A stretch of 64,000 bases of DNA from Octopus vulgaris (GCA_951406725.2 OX597824.1:98766001-98830000); one strand, 5' to 3'. Counted from the first letter of the stretch, positions 12,001 to 60,499 are shown. Notes: a model not told the origin generated them from the sequence alone. Translations and numbers: made by a program.

Positions 12001-14989
12001 TTTCTATACAATACAAAACAGCTTTTACATTGATCTTTTCACTTTTCTAAACTGTAGCATCTTAGCATCCTCTCCAGGAGGAGTTCGCCTCTCATCCGTT
12101 TAATACTACAGAAACAAAAATTAACCACTGACTCTATGGATCCTGACACATTAAACATGTGGTACCACAGACTGGTTCTTGAAGGCACCCTCGTTAAATG
12201 TTAACTGTCGACTCTAAAGGAAGTTCTCAAACATGAAACCAGCAGCTCCCAGCATTTTGCCATCATCACACATTCTATTCAATCGATTTATCTCTCTCAC
12301 CTTAATTGATAAATTCTAAAGGGTCACACTCATCATGCGTGTCTGGTCCAGTGGAAATATTCTTCAGCTTTCGTGATGTTGTGCTGTGGCTTTCATGCCT
12401 CCTGCTTATAGTATAACATATTGATGAACATTACATTTATCAAATGTTTAAAAGTAAAAACTTTTGTCTTTGCAACCCTTTGAGAATTCTTCAATGATGC
12501 TTATATGTTGGGAACTGCTGCCCCAATCACTCCACTTCATTTCCATTCCATTCCAAAGAATCAGAATTATTCGGCACAAATATAGTTGCTCTATTTTCCT
12601 AAACAGACAAGAATCAACCAATTTCAAAAACACAGACTGACCAAATTTGTTTCAACTATGGAATTGTCCACCGAATAATTACAGGAAATTCCAGAATCAC
12701 AGGAGACTAATGAGGGTCTGCCTCAGTCAGAATAAACCAAAGTTAGAGTCTATGCCAGAGGTGTAATTGCTGGGAAGAGTACAAAATGTTCTGGTGTGAA
12801 GAAGTGAGAAGACTAGTTTGGATGTTCAAGGAATATTTAAGTTGGTCTTGGTACTTCTGACAAATAGCATTGTGTAACATGGTACTATAGCAGACAAAAC
12901 AGAAGTAGATAGGATATAACAGCAGACAGCAGACACTGGAATGGTGAGGGTGTTGCATGTGGGAGTTGCATTGCTATGTATACTCACACCCCACATACAC
13001 ACACTCATGCATACATATATATACATATATATATATGATGATGATGATGATGATGAGGATGAAGATATATTATTATTATTATTATTATTAAGGTGGCCAG
13101 CTGGCAGAATCGTTAGCACAATGAGTAAAATGCTTAGTGACATTTTGTCCACCTTTATGTTTTGAGTTCAAATTCCACCAAAGTCGACTTTGCCTTTCAT
13201 CCACTTGGAGTCAATAAAAGAAGTACCAGTTGATCACTGGGGTTGATATAATTGACTTAACCCTCTAAATTGCTGGCCCTGTGCAAAAGTTTGAAAATAT
13301 TATTATTACTTGATGAAAAGTTTCGGCTTACTTTGCTGGGGATGAAGGAAAGTGTCAGCTGTCCCCAACCAACAGACTAAGGCATTGCAATATTAATAAC
13401 CAGCCTGGTGTTAGAACTCAATATACGTCTGCCTCAGACACAAAGTGTCAATCGAGTACAGAGCAGCAGTGATAAGAAATTGAGTGAAAGACAAGGGAAT
13501 GTGGAATTATGTCAGGGACTTCATTGGCTTACACTTGTTTCTGCTATAAGATGCAATGCGCTCATAGTTGAATACTTGCAAACAGCCTATAGCTTTATCA
13601 GAGCTTCAATATTGCTACTCAGCAAGCACAATCGAGGGCCTTCTCCACAAAGTACCTAAAAGAATAAGGTGGACGTTTGTAGTTTAAAAGGCTTCTATTT
13701 GCACCTATGACAAATCCCAGCATGCAACATTCACCTGACTTCCTAACCAGTAATAACTGTGGTACCACCAAAACTTTAAGATTTTAGATAAACTGTAAAT
13801 TCTAAAGAATCAGCAATTTGGATGTTTCCAATTCAACAATTTTCTTTTTTTTTTTTTTTGCATCTTTCTGTAATTCTGCCTTTCACAAATTTACATTTTC
13901 AGCAAAGAGAGTGATTGTTTAATTAAATCAAAAGACACGGCATTATTAATTGAAGTTGTTGTTATTATTATTACTATTATTATCATTATTATTATTATTA
14001 TTATTATCATCATTATTACTATTACTATTATTACTATTACTATTATTATTATTATTATTATTATTACTGTTAGTTCTTCTCATCATACCATTAATTCTAT
14101 ATAAACCAGCAACACTAAAAGTCATCTTCCTGACTCTTTCAGTTTTAATCTCAGGATTATTTTCCATGATTTTGAATAACTTTCAGCATTTCGGGTAAAT
14201 CTTTACAATTGTGGTAACTTTTAGAGAAATTTAGAAAAGGCAGTCCATAGGTTAATTCTGTTCCCTGTATTCTGGCAGTGTTTCTGGTGCCGTGAAGATA
14301 ATTCTTTGTATGATGAGTGGCTAATGAATTACATAAGAAGCTGCTAACAAATTCACATCGTTAAATCCACAGGCCTGGAACCTATTTAAAACAATGCAAA
14401 GACGATAGGGCTTTATGTTTATAAAACTGCACACACACACACACAAATTGTTTGACAATGGGAATTCAGATTTTTGATCAAGTGAATTTCCTGCTCTTGA
14501 ATTAGCATTGAAGTGGTTGAGGGCTCCACATACATATCCTTAACATAATTCTCTGTCAGAATCTAGAATCTATGTGACATTAGGTATGACAAAGTTGTAT
14601 CTTTTTGAATTATTGGCTTCGATACAGTTTCCATCTCCACAATTTCACCCATAGGCTACAGCTTGACTTCAGGCCATAGAAAATGACATTTTCTGAAGAT
14701 GCCATGCATAAGGATTGAACCTAGGATCTCGTTGCTGTGAAGCAAACTTCTTAACTATTCAGCTCTACTCCACCGCCCATACCACACCCACCCATCTACA
14801 CTGAGGAATTCCAAGTAAATTCCTAGAAGACTGCTGATGCCATGTTATTAATCCTATTTTCACTATTAAAACAAATTCTACTGCCACATGTGTACCGCCA
14901 AACCACTGCTCCCCTGCCACCTCCACTCCCCCCCCCCCCATTGGGTTCTTACTGGGCCCCCTGACTGGACCCTCAATTGAACCTGCTTT

Positions 14990-15310
14990 TGAAGCATAAC
15001 TATGAAGGGCATATATTTAGCTTTCCCCTTTTTCATACTGGGACACTGTATTCCCCTCTGAATGATGGTCAGCATGTCCAGCCAACCTCAGTCTCCTCTG
15101 TGGTATTTTCAAGCTAACTTTCGGGAGGCTCTCGTACAGCTCTGAGTTCTTCATCCTCAGTCTATACTGATTAATGTTCAGAGCCATTCTTAGCATTCTC
15201 GAGCAAGTAGCACCCATCCACCATCTGTGTGAGTTTCTTGGTCAGTATCCAAGTCTCAGAGCCATACAACAGCACAGACTCCACTGCAGCAACGAAGAGA
15301 CAGATCCATC
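14990..15310 (-). mobile_element. Degenerate LINE RT C-terminal fragment (RTE/RTEX-like)
   Basis: Frameshifted VESVLLYGSETW..., RMLRMALNI...SELYESLPKVSLKIPQRRLRLAGH. Confidence 0.75.
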
Positions 15311-15334
15311 TCTAATAATAATAATAATAATAAT

Positions 15335-15891
15335 AAATGCCCTGATGCAGTCCCAGGCAATGGCTCTCATGGCTTCTGATCTTAACTGATTGGAAGTGTT
15401 ATCATGTTCATTGTTTTGTCTTGGTATAAAAGATGGGCACAGCAAATATTCTGCTCAATACCACAGATTTGCTTGTCAGTTGTTTGACCTTAACCACTTG
15501 AGAATGTCCCTTAGTGGCTGACGATATGTGCATCTCTGATCAGGAGCAGAAGTAGTGGGGGAGCATCATAGCCATGTGTTGAAAGGAATTCTTGGAGGTT
15601 TGGATAATTCACCTTTGGAAACATGGATGTTTCGTTCAATTTCCTTAAACAATCCTTATTCAGGGACCTTTTGAGTGGGATGGGCTACACGACCAGAAGA
15701 AAATTCTAACTGGGTCCCACCTGCAAGGCCATGCACTATTTATCTTGATATGAGATCACCAAGTCATGCACATATGGTTGTGATGCATGTGCCTGGTGTA
15801 CCCTTATCAGATGGGTAGTCATGATGGGTATATTGGACTTTGTATATTTTACCCCAGTGTCACTTTGATGGCATGCACTGCTCTCTCACTC

Positions 15892-15895
<4 letters not shown>
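15335..15895 (+). mobile_element. ~560 bp interspersed repeat embedded in (AAT)n/(GAT)n microsatellites
   Basis: aaatgccctgatgcagt...ctctctcactcaataataat. Second full copy at 37465-38025, 3' part at 50533-50740. Confidence 0.85.
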
Positions 15896-15968
<73 letters not shown>

Positions 15969-17376
15969 TAAAATGATGAGTATGATGAATATAATGATAA
16001 AAAGTAATAGAAATTTCAAGGGTTGACAATATTTCTCAGAAATTTGGGTAAACTATTGAAATATAAAGATGTGAAAAAAGAGATAAACCAAAAGTATGGC
16101 CTGTAATAATAGGGGCCTTGTGAATGATTAGAAACCATACAGGCAAGCCTGGGACTCACAAATATGCTACCATACAAAAACAGCACTTCTAGATATGACA
16201 CGTATTGCGTAGAGAACCGTAGGTGATAGATGCATACAAGACATAGAGGAAAGAACATTACTAGACAATGTAGACGACACACACCTGTAATTGAGAGAAG
16301 ACTTTCAATGAAACTGAAACACTGTACGTAATCAAGGTAGACAGAACTGCACTGAGGAGGGCAATGAAGGTGCACAATAATAAGAGTACTGAAATGATGA
16401 TGATGATGATGATGATGATGGGTGGTGGTGGTGGTGGTGGTGAGATTGTTGTAAATGATCAGTTTGTTATGAGGGAACATGACCATGTTAGGGGCCAAGG
16501 ACCCTTTTATTCCTAAAACAAAAAGAGAATAAAGCAGCCACTAGGAGGCACTCAATCACTCTCTTAGAAACAGAACTCAATAAACAATGTAGTCCCAGAT
16601 AACCTTATCCCTAAACTATAGACTAGATTGTCAGGGCTGGAATGAATTTGTGCACGGATGTTGCTCGGTGAAGGCTGACCTGGGGTTATAGAGCAATAAT
16701 AGCAACACCCAACAGATAAGATCAGCCTAGATTCCAAGATAGCAATGACGAAGTGTCAGAGGCTGAGGCTGGGGTTGAGGAGGAGGATGAAGGGGAGGAG
16801 GTGGTGGTGGGAGGAGGAGGAGGGAGGGAGGGAAGAGGAGGAGGAGTATATGCCTTTGAACAGCTGCATAGTGGGGGTATCTAGGTTGGTGAGAACCACA
16901 ATGGAGGAATACGATGATCAAAAGATCATCAATTGTGATGGCAGCAATGAAGTTTTCACCCAAAAATCTGAATTCTATCCTTCGACAGCTGAAATCTAAA
17001 ACTAAGATGACAGCTAAATTAGACATTAAAATTCCACTGATGATAATGGTGACCAAAGATTAAGACATGTCCTTATATGGACAATATATTCATAGGCTGA
17101 ATAGCCAATGATAACAACCTGTCCTTATATGGGCAACATACTCATAAGCTGGATGTCTAATAGCAATAAAAACTAATCTATTTTCACCTGGATTCTTCAA
17201 AGATAATCAAAAGTGGCAGAGGAGGAGGAAGCAACCATATTATTTACTCTACACAACAGGCCTTCAAATAGAAATCATGTTTTTTATGATAAACATTTAA
17301 AATTCTTAGAGTATAGACAACACAAGTGGCTTAAATAGGTATTTCTTATAAAATACATTCAGCACTAGCTTCCACC

Positions 17377-17407
<31 letters not shown>

Positions 17408-18141
17408 TGGGAGGGAGAGAGAGGGAGAGAAAGAGGGAGACGGAGAGAAACAGAGACAGGGAGAGAGACAGACAGATAAAGAGAGAGAGAGAGAGAGAGA
17501 GAAAGGTGAACTTACAAGGGTGTGTCTTCAGTAAACATGTATTTGAAGCCTTGCTATGGAATTTATAAACTGTGGTTAAATATTTTAGACACATTTCACA
17601 GCAAAGCTACCTTACACCCCTGTTTATCCTAATGACATCAAATGCTGCTGGTAATAGATGTGTGTGTGTGTGTGTGTGTGTGTGTTGAAGACAAAGTTCA
17701 AAAGTATTCTTACAAACTTCCACCAATCTTTCTTTACAAAGGCAGAAGATGCAAAGATTACCTGGAAGTTTAGTTTACAGACATCATGGCATCAAGTTCT
17801 TTTCCAAAAACAATATATTAATAACGGACAAAGCAATACCAAATAATTAATGTTGGACAGCGGTCAGCTGAATTCACTTTGGCTTGACTATCAAATTAGA
17901 AATAACATGATCCACAACAACTTCTGTCAAGACATTGATAGATTACCTCTAAGGATGGCCATAAGTATGTTTGAGAAAATAGCAATACTAGGGCTCTGTA
18001 AATATTTTTAGAACATTTACATTGTTACACAGCATTTGTTAACGTTGATTATTTGTATGTCTGTCTTCCAAGATATACCTGATTCTTTGTAATAGAAAAA
18101 AACAAAGCTTTTCGTGTATCACCCAAATCATGAATAAAACA

Positions 18142-18197
<56 letters not shown>

Positions 18198-18220
18198 GAT
18201 GATGATGATGATGATTTCTT

Positions 18221-18253
<33 letters not shown>

Positions 18254-20049
18254 TTTGATTGCTTAATCCAAGTTTGAATTTCTTTTTGTGTTCCCTGAGA
18301 AAACTTGTAAACAGAAGACTATTTTTGTCACCAACGAATATGTACAAAAATAAAAATAAAAACTTTGAAAAAAAAAATCCAATAGATCTGTATAATAAAA
18401 GATTGTGAACTTCATTTGCTTTGTTTGTCTGTTTTTGTTTTTGTTTTAAACCAATTACCAACTCAGTCCTGGTTTTCTGAAAGTGATAACCCAATCCTGT
18501 TTCCCCTCCAATAATACCAATCCAAGAAAAAGAAAAATAGAATAAATTTATTTTTAAATTAAAGGCAAAAGCCACAGGCAGAGAAACTCTGTACTTGACC
18601 TCTGACCTCTTGTTACGACATCATCACATCTGATTGGTTATGATTATTGCAAAATTAGCAAAAGATATTCTTGCAAAGTCTGTGAGGAATAAAGACAAAT
18701 GTCAACTGGAAATAACCAAATTCTTCAAAATTTTACAATGAGGGAATCTTAATATTTGGTGTTAAATAGTTATTTGACTGGCAACAGAACCAGATTAAAT
18801 GGATTACAATATCCCAGGGTCGCCTTCTGCATGAAAAATTCATAGTTTAATATGGCCTAACATGTTTAACGAAACAAAACTTTTATTAAAGTCAATAAAA
18901 AATAAAGAGTTGCAGATTGGTGCCATTGATTAATGTTGGATAAACCGTCTTGTCCTTGGTCAAGTTTTCCATGCTTTAGGTTCAAATCCTATTGGGGTCA
19001 CCTTTGCTGTTCATTATTCCAGAAGTCAATTAAATAAAGTAGTAGAGGGGGGGGAGAAAGATAAAAGGATTATATCCCCCACCCCCAAAAAATATGTGGC
19101 CTTGGATCCAAGTTAGAAATCAATATTTATTAAAAATTAGTTCATTAAAAATCCATTAATTAGAAACATAATTGCAATTTTGGCATTTGCATGTTTCTAT
19201 ATAAATTATTGATTTGGAAGAGAAATTGGTGTTGACATTGAAAACCTTTCTCTCTCTCTCTCTGACTATCTTTCTTTCTCTCTAGCAACCTCCCTCTTTC
19301 TATCTACCTCTCTTTCTCTCTGGCTGCCTCCTATACAATCGCCAAAACTTAAAAGCGTCTCTCCATCCATTTCCATCTCAAAACCTTAACCAATTATAAA
19401 CTGCTCCCACCATCACCCTTGAAATAAGGGGACATCCCAACCCCTCAAAATACTTCAACATCAAAGGTAGGGGGAGGGTGGATATTGAAGGTGAAAGGAC
19501 AGAATGGACATCAAGCATAACCCCAATTCTGTAACAACAATAATTATAGAATCCTAATTGGAAATGACCGGCAACAGTTTTGGTGAAGAGAAAGGAAATA
19601 AGAGACATAACGGCAACTTGATGCCAATGAAATCCGATGCTTAACCCTGCACCACCACCACCACCACCACCCTCCTTTTTTTCTCTTTTTCTTTGCTTCT
19701 TTGGTGAGGTAGTTATGGGGGTTTTCCCCATAACCTAATCATTTCTACTCTTATTGTTTTTTCCTTCCTGATTAAGTGTGAGTTCTCCCATTGGCTGAAG
19801 TCATAGAATTCCTCCATTCTGACTTTCTCATGGTGCTTTCTTGGCAGAGATATTGCTGTGGTTTGCCATTTGCCCTTCCCTAACATGTACAGAGTTACAA
19901 TTTGAAACAAGAGAAACTCAGAGAGAACAAAACTCTGCCAAGGCAACACAAATGTCCTCTCAATGATTAGCCCAAAATAATTTTTAAAATGAGAATATCT
20001 GAAATAAGCTCGACTGTTCTCACAAACAAGAATACTAAACGTGAACCCA

Positions 20050-20271
20050 AACGCTCTCAAAAATTAAGTAAAAGAACAGGAAAAATAATCCAGAATCCTT
20101 GTCTGGTACTGGATCGATCCCAAAATTTAATCAGTTCGTGTCAATCATGAGGCCAAACATCCCTGAAAGTTTCATTTGAATCCATCCTGTGGTTCTTGAG
20201 ATATCTTGTCCACGGACAAACAAACGAACACAACTGTAAACAATACCTCCACCTTCGCTAAGGCAGAGGTA
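20050..20271 (+). mobile_element. Helentron/HINE-like non-autonomous element, 3' part
   Basis: aagtttcat...aatccatc...gagatatc..., (CAAA)n-like tract, then AATACCTCC...GGCAGAGGTAA terminal hairpin, as in HINE/DINE-type ends. Confidence 0.55.
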
Positions 20272-21188
20272 AAGAAGGATATATATGGAGTCGACTGAAT
20301 AGACTTTGTATGATAAGCAGACATAATGGTTAGCAAAGAGGTAAAAACCAATGAATAGCAGCACCAATTTGTAGTTATTATTGAAGGTTATAGGCATCAG
20401 GGCCTTAAGAGAATGAATAGGGCTCATTTATGAAGATTATCAAGTATTAGTAACATTGTGCTGAACATCCAAGAACTAATTATGAAGTATTTTCTACCAA
20501 TTGTTGTCAATAGCAACATTCCATTTGTTATTACGAATTTGAAATGCTTTGTGCAATCACAAAGAAGCCAAAAGCCAGAGATTGGTGAATATGTTCAATC
20601 GTTATAGTCATCATGTAATTACGACAGAAAATATATTTGTGTTTACTTGAATATGCAAATGGAGGAATAAGTACTCAATACATGTATATTGATTCTTTGG
20701 AGACTGGTGGTTCACCTGTCACTACACAGAGAGTCTGGCTTTATGAAACTGTTCAGGTGAGAAAAGAAAAGGGATGAAGAGAGGAATTTTCTTTAGGAAT
20801 TATAGAACAAAGATACCTGGAAGTCAGGTGATAAGGTTTTATTGGTGGGTTTTCTGTAGAAAGACTCAGTCTATCTAAACTTGTACAGAAGGAGGATAGA
20901 CTGTTATGAGGAAACCAGTGGTGGTGGTCACATGATGAGCATAATAATGCAGAGAAGAGAACTGCTTTTGGATGGTTCTCTTCAAACCAGTCAGATCCAG
21001 CCTCTCATACCTACCCTACAATTTCATTCTCAAAATGAACAATCACATCATCAAAACCTCAAAGTTATAATCCAGGATTAATGAAAAACAATGGAAATAA
21101 ATAAGTGTTACATTTTGACAGAGGAACAATCCGAATGCTGAAGGGTTGCCTCCGAGGAATGGTAAAACCATTGAGGCTACAAGAATTA

Positions 21189-21194
21189 TTTATT
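21189..21194 (-). terminator. Candidate BBS1 polyadenylation signal AATAAA
   Basis: Minus-strand AATAAA about 270 nt past the stop codon. The hexamer is common in this AT-rich DNA. Confidence 0.3.
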
Positions 21195-21463
21195 GGAATT
21201 TGCAGTTAAGGATTTCACAAGACAGAACAAAATAAATAAATAAAACACCATCATCATTTTGATAATAATGTTAAGATGCTGATGATACTGATGATGATAG
21301 TTGTTGTGGTGGGGACAATATGAAATCCAACTTCCCTTTAAACTACACAAACAGCCATTCCTCAACGATGGCATAAATCCATTTTGATTGCAAAACAAGA
21401 AACTAAAACCGGTGAAGGTTTTGTAGCCAACTCCAAAGCATTGTATGTTGACAACACCAGTGG

Positions 21464-55132
<33,669 letters not shown>

Positions 55133-55286
55133 GATGTGTCTTTAATATAAACTTATTTGATGAGATGCGAGTCGTGAATCAATAGATGACATGGAACCAT
55201 TTACATGTGTTGAGTAAATAACGTTGGCTGCTCTCTTTCCCTCTTTCTTCTCTTTCTTCTCTCCTCAGCAACTAGTTGGACATTTT

Positions 55287-55301
55287 GTTGTTACTGACAA
55301 C
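55287..55301. promoter_or_regulatory. X-box-like (RFX) element in the putative BBS1 promoter
   Basis: Near-palindrome GTTGTT-ACT-GACAAC about 155 nt upstream of the BBS1 ATG. BBS genes are established RFX/X-box targets in nematodes, flies and vertebrates. Confidence 0.55.
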
Positions 55302-58300
55302 CACGTAACAACGGAGTAGCTTTAGTTTCGTACTAAAGTTACACGTACACACAAAGTGCTGAACCTTTAGTTTCGTATTAAAGTTCCATATACACACGCA
55401 CACACATGTTTATGTACAACCCTATATGTGTGTGTGTGTGTGTGTGTGGTTATATGCAATACACGCGAACGTATACTATATTTAATACATAAATTAATAA
55501 ACATCTGTTGATTGTTAAGTCTCCGAAGACTGGGTCTTCTGAATTCATTCAGTCATATGTCTGGTTTCAAATTTTGAGACAAGGCCAGCAATTCCGATCG
55601 ACCGCGGAGTTCATCTGTTATTTTTGCAACCTCGAAAGATGACAAGTTAAATCGACTTCGGTGGAATTTGAACTCAGAACGTAAACAGACGAAATGCTGT
55701 TTAGCATTTTGCCCGGCACAGTAACGATGCCTTACAATTAATTGTTATAATGATAATAATAAATATATAATACAATTAAATATAGAATAATGAGGGGATT
55801 AAATGACGACTAATGCAATATTATTATTACTACAGAACGACGGAAGGAAAAGTTAAAGATTTGAACTTTGTATTTAAAGGGAGGAACTAAACTAAACATT
55901 GTTTCAATTCCCGGTTGAAACTCAATGGGAAATCGGGAGGAATCCCCGACGTTCGACCGATTTTGCTAATCTTCTGTTCATCAGAAATATAATAAAACTA
56001 TTTCAAAAACCATTCATTTTCTACGCCCTTACATACTCTTCATCGAAATATCCGCCCAGTTTTTATCGTTTTTTAATAAACATTACACAAGGAAATATAT
56101 TTTACCTCATTCTCTTTCTCTCTTAAAACATTTTCATAACAATAGTTTCGTATTTCCGTAAACGCCATAAACGCTATCCTTTCGTCTTTTTTTGCTATTA
56201 TTTTACTTGTTCGGTCTGGAAGAAGGGACAGCGTCCACGATCCTTCAAGTTCCCCCGAAAGTTGAAGCTATTTAAACGGTTACAGGTCAACACCATCAGG
56301 ACAAAGAGGGACAGAAGAAGATTCCTGGGGAATGATGTTCAAAGGAAGAAGTAATGGGCTTAAGAGCTGAAACGAAGGTGTTGGATGCAACAATGGGGAG
56401 AGAAGAGGAAGAGACGATTGGGTTGGTTGTGGGCGAGGAACCGGATCAGTTAACTTTGAGGACCTGAAGCCATTCTACAGAAATGGTTGAGAGAGAAGAC
56501 AGCACACCTGTAGGCCAGAGAGGCTAGAATACGTCGGTTAGATATATCAGTCAGCTGAGTGACACTTCTCTGATTGTAGTCCATGATGCCTGTGTATAGC
56601 AACAGAACCTTCTCAGATGTACAAGTAGTATTCTGTTGTGGGCCCGGTTTGAACCTTGTAGAGTTGGGGGCTGAAATATTTTCTGACCTTGGAGAGAAGG
56701 ACCAGTCTTTGGAATGTAGTTCTAGTAATGGTAAGGATAATCTTTTGCTGAGTGAGATCCTCAGTATGGCCCTACATTTGGAGTAATTGTCACAACTTAG
56801 GCTGGGGTGGGGGGTTGGGTGCAGTGTGGTGTAGTTGATAGTTTCCTTAAGATTTATTTTAATTTTTTTCTTTTTTATTAGATACAAACAATGTAAAAAA
56901 GTATTAGAAATAGAGCAACTATCATCATCCTCATCATTGTCCATCTTCCATGCTGGCATCAGTTGGATGGTTTGACAGGATCCAACCAGTCCAAGAACTT
57001 CTTCATGCTCCACTGTCTCCTTTGGCATAGTTTCTAGCACTAGTCAGGTTACTATGGAGATTACATGGCTAAGATCCCCTTCCACTGAATGGAGCTACAG
57101 AAGAGAAAGGTACAGTGGCTTTCTTTTTTATGAGCTGTTAAAGTATGAGAAGGGGACAGAGTAGAACAGGTTTCTTGTAGAGGGGTCTACATGGACATGT
57201 CCACTTACATTTTAGAAAATAGGGTTAAGGTAATATGTGATATTTTTGCAATGTTTTTGCATCTTTAATAATAAAGCATATTACTCTACCTCCGGTATTT
57301 GAGTACTATTTCACATTTATGTGCTTACCCTGGTATATATATATATATCACCCACTACACTCTCAAAGTGGTTGGCGTTAGGAAGAGCATCCAGCTGTAG
57401 AAACACTGCCAGATCAGACAGAAGCCTGGTGCAGCCTCCTGGCTTCCCAGACCCTGGTCGAACCATCCAACCCATGCTAGGACGGAAAACAATGATGATG
57501 ATATATATATATATATATATAAATGCTAACACATGATCTTAAACATAGCATTCTGTCTGTAATCTGAGCTTCTATATAGTGTAAAATTCCAAGGTTGCCA
57601 AGGAAAGCATCTGGGATTTACAACTGAGCCTCATGGTAGAGGTACTTGAAAGGACCTCTCTTTTCAGTTAAAGTCCTGTATCTCCTTTTCTTGTCCCTCC
57701 AATAGACTTTCACCTCCCTCAATACTACATTCCACTCATTTGAGGGGGTTTCTCTTGCAAGTTACTTGGTCACCTCACTATTGCTGGTGCCACTTAAAAA
57801 GCACCCAGTCCCCTCTGTAAAGTGGTTGGTATTAGGAAGGACATCCAGCTGTGGAAATCATGCCAAAACACACGGGAAATCAGTGCTACTCTTAGAGTCA
57901 TTGATCCAGCCCCTTTCCAGTAATTTTGCTAATAACACAAAGATGAGTGGTTACAATACCCTGCTTTTGCTAACGCAGACACGGTAATAATGGAAGAAGA
58001 TCTTGTTAATGATGATAGAACTAGTGACAATGATGAAGATAAAAAGCATTGCTCAAAACTTTTTATCAGATGCAACCATCAGTAAATAATTGAAGCTAGA
58101 TTCTCTGTCTTTAAACCAATTCTCTAAAGTCTGATGAACATGATGACCTCCACTACTGTTGAATTGGTTGAACCAGCTTGCTTTTCAGTCACCTCACAAA
58201 CATGGACAAATAAAGCATCTACAAGTTTCACTGAATCATAAGGAATCATTATCACCTCTAAATCTGACTCCATCACAGCAGGTTCATTTGTCATCTACCA

Positions 58301-58399
58301 TAGGTAAATCAAATTGACATTTTTGCCTTCTGTAAATCTAAATTTCATAGATTAGATTCATATCTTCAAAGAATGCTTACAGCATTTTCTATTATAATG

Positions 58400-58849
58400 T
58401 ATTTGCTTATCATGTTCACATTTAAATGCCCTTCAGTTCATATCATCCACATTGAGAGCAATGGACCATTCAAGGAATGAAATTTTTCCAATCTCACAGC
58501 CTGCTTACCATACTGAGTTTCTTGAACTCCACCTATATGTTTCTAGTGCCCTTTCTTGCTCAGTCAGGCTCATCAATACCTGCAATCTTCCAGAACATTT
58601 CTTGTGGATATTCAGAATAGTTCCATCTGCTTCAAATTCATCCCTAACACTAGTGATTGCATGGTGCCTAGCTTCAAACGCCCACCTAAACTGTCTTTGC
58701 ACAATATATCTTCAAACTTCCAGCAGCACTTAGGATTCCTTCAAAGTTTAATATGGTTACCTTCATTGTTATTAATAGGTTAACTAGAAAAAGAAACTGA
58801 GTTATCAGCTGTTGATGTGTCTATACACATTTTCTTTGGAATACCCTGT
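58400..58849 (-). mobile_element. Tc1/mariner-like (DUF4817-type HTH) transposase N-terminal remnant
   Basis: QRQFRWAFE...ITSVRDEFEADGTILNIHKKCSGR...QERALETY; ACAGGGTATTCC terminus at 58849. Confidence 0.7.
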
Positions 58850-60007
58850 TTATAGAATTTCGTACATCACAAAATCAAAAAACAACACAGCAACCATGAC
58901 TTTCAGGAATATTTTGTGATGCTCAAAATTGCTGAAGCATGGAATAAACTACCTGCATCACTTGTTAGTTGTCAGGATGCGACATCTTTCAAAACTTCAA
59001 TGCTTTCTGAAATTTGCCAACTCTACTACGCCTGATGTCCTCCACAATTTCTTCTTTTTTTTTTAACCACTCATCCACTGTTCACTTATTCTTTGTACTG
59101 CACAGGTACCTTTCCTTATGAGTGGTTGTGCACCTGAACACTGTATACAGTAAGTTCAGCATTATTATTATTCTTGGCTGTGTAATAGGAAGCTTGCTTC
59201 CCAACCCCATTGTCCTGGGTTCAGTCCCACTCTGTGGTACATTGGGTGAGTGCCTTCTACTATAGCCTCGGGCCAAACAAAGCCTTATGAGTGGGTTTTA
59301 TAGACAGAAACTGAAAGAACCCACCATATATATATATATATGTTAAATGCTCGAAATACAAGCATAGAAAAGCAGCCAACAACTGATGAAGGGTCGTTTT
59401 TGTTTTGTTTTGTGTTGTTTGTCTTGTTTTCCATTGTTTGAAAAAATAGTTCATATTCCACGTACTCGTATTTCGTATTGTACATATTTCATGACATCCT
59501 GTGCCCACAGATGCATATATATATATAGATGTATGTACATGTACGTATGTATATATGCATATATACATTATTTATATTATATATATATTGGTAAAAACGG
59601 TAAGATAACAAAAGAAAGAGACCTCAATATTATGTAAATAGAGGAATTTATCTGTAAAAGTAATATGTGACAATTATTCGGTAGCCAAGGTGGAAATCCA
59701 CCCCACCATCTCTTCAGTAATCCGGCCATACATACGTATATATATATGTGCGTATGTATATATTTATGTGTGTGACTTTGTGTCTGTGTTTGTCCTCCCA
59801 CCAACGCTTGACAACTTATGTTGGTGTGTTTATGTACCAGGATTACAAAGAATAAGTCCTGGGGTTCATTTCGTCAACTAAAACCCTTTAAGGTGGTGCT
59901 CCAGCATGGCCACAGTCAAATGACTGAAATGTGTAACAGAATAAAAGAATATAATTCTATCAAATATCAATAACAACAACAACAACAATGAATAGATAAC
60001 ACAACAC

Positions 60008-60043
<36 letters not shown>

Positions 60044-60462
60044 CTGCTATTTTAATGAGTTTTTATACAGGGTCCATCTTAAAATCCTGAAATATTAAAT
60101 TCAAATCAATGGACTAAAACTAGGCTTACAGCACAACCGACAGTCCCCCACCCACACACTTTAATCAACAGCACAACAATACAGTGAGAATACATTTCAA
60201 ATTTTTTGCAATAAATGGAGAAAAAAAATAACAAAACTCAATTCAGAAACAAAGATTATCTTCCCTTATATATAAAGTTGTTACATTCCAACTCATCACA
60301 GATATTTAATCAAAGCATAATTAGGAACGATGTCCACTACACACACACACACACACATATATGTACATACATTATAGATATATATATATATATCATCATC
60401 ATCGTTTAACGTCCGCTTTCCATGCTAGCATATATATATATATAAATACTCATACATATACA

Positions 60463-60499
<37 letters not shown>

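Noticed and set aside
59345-59400. Second hammerhead candidate (CGAAA...CTGATGA)
   Set aside because: Core words are present, but I could not build consistent stems; probably a broken Penelope terminus.
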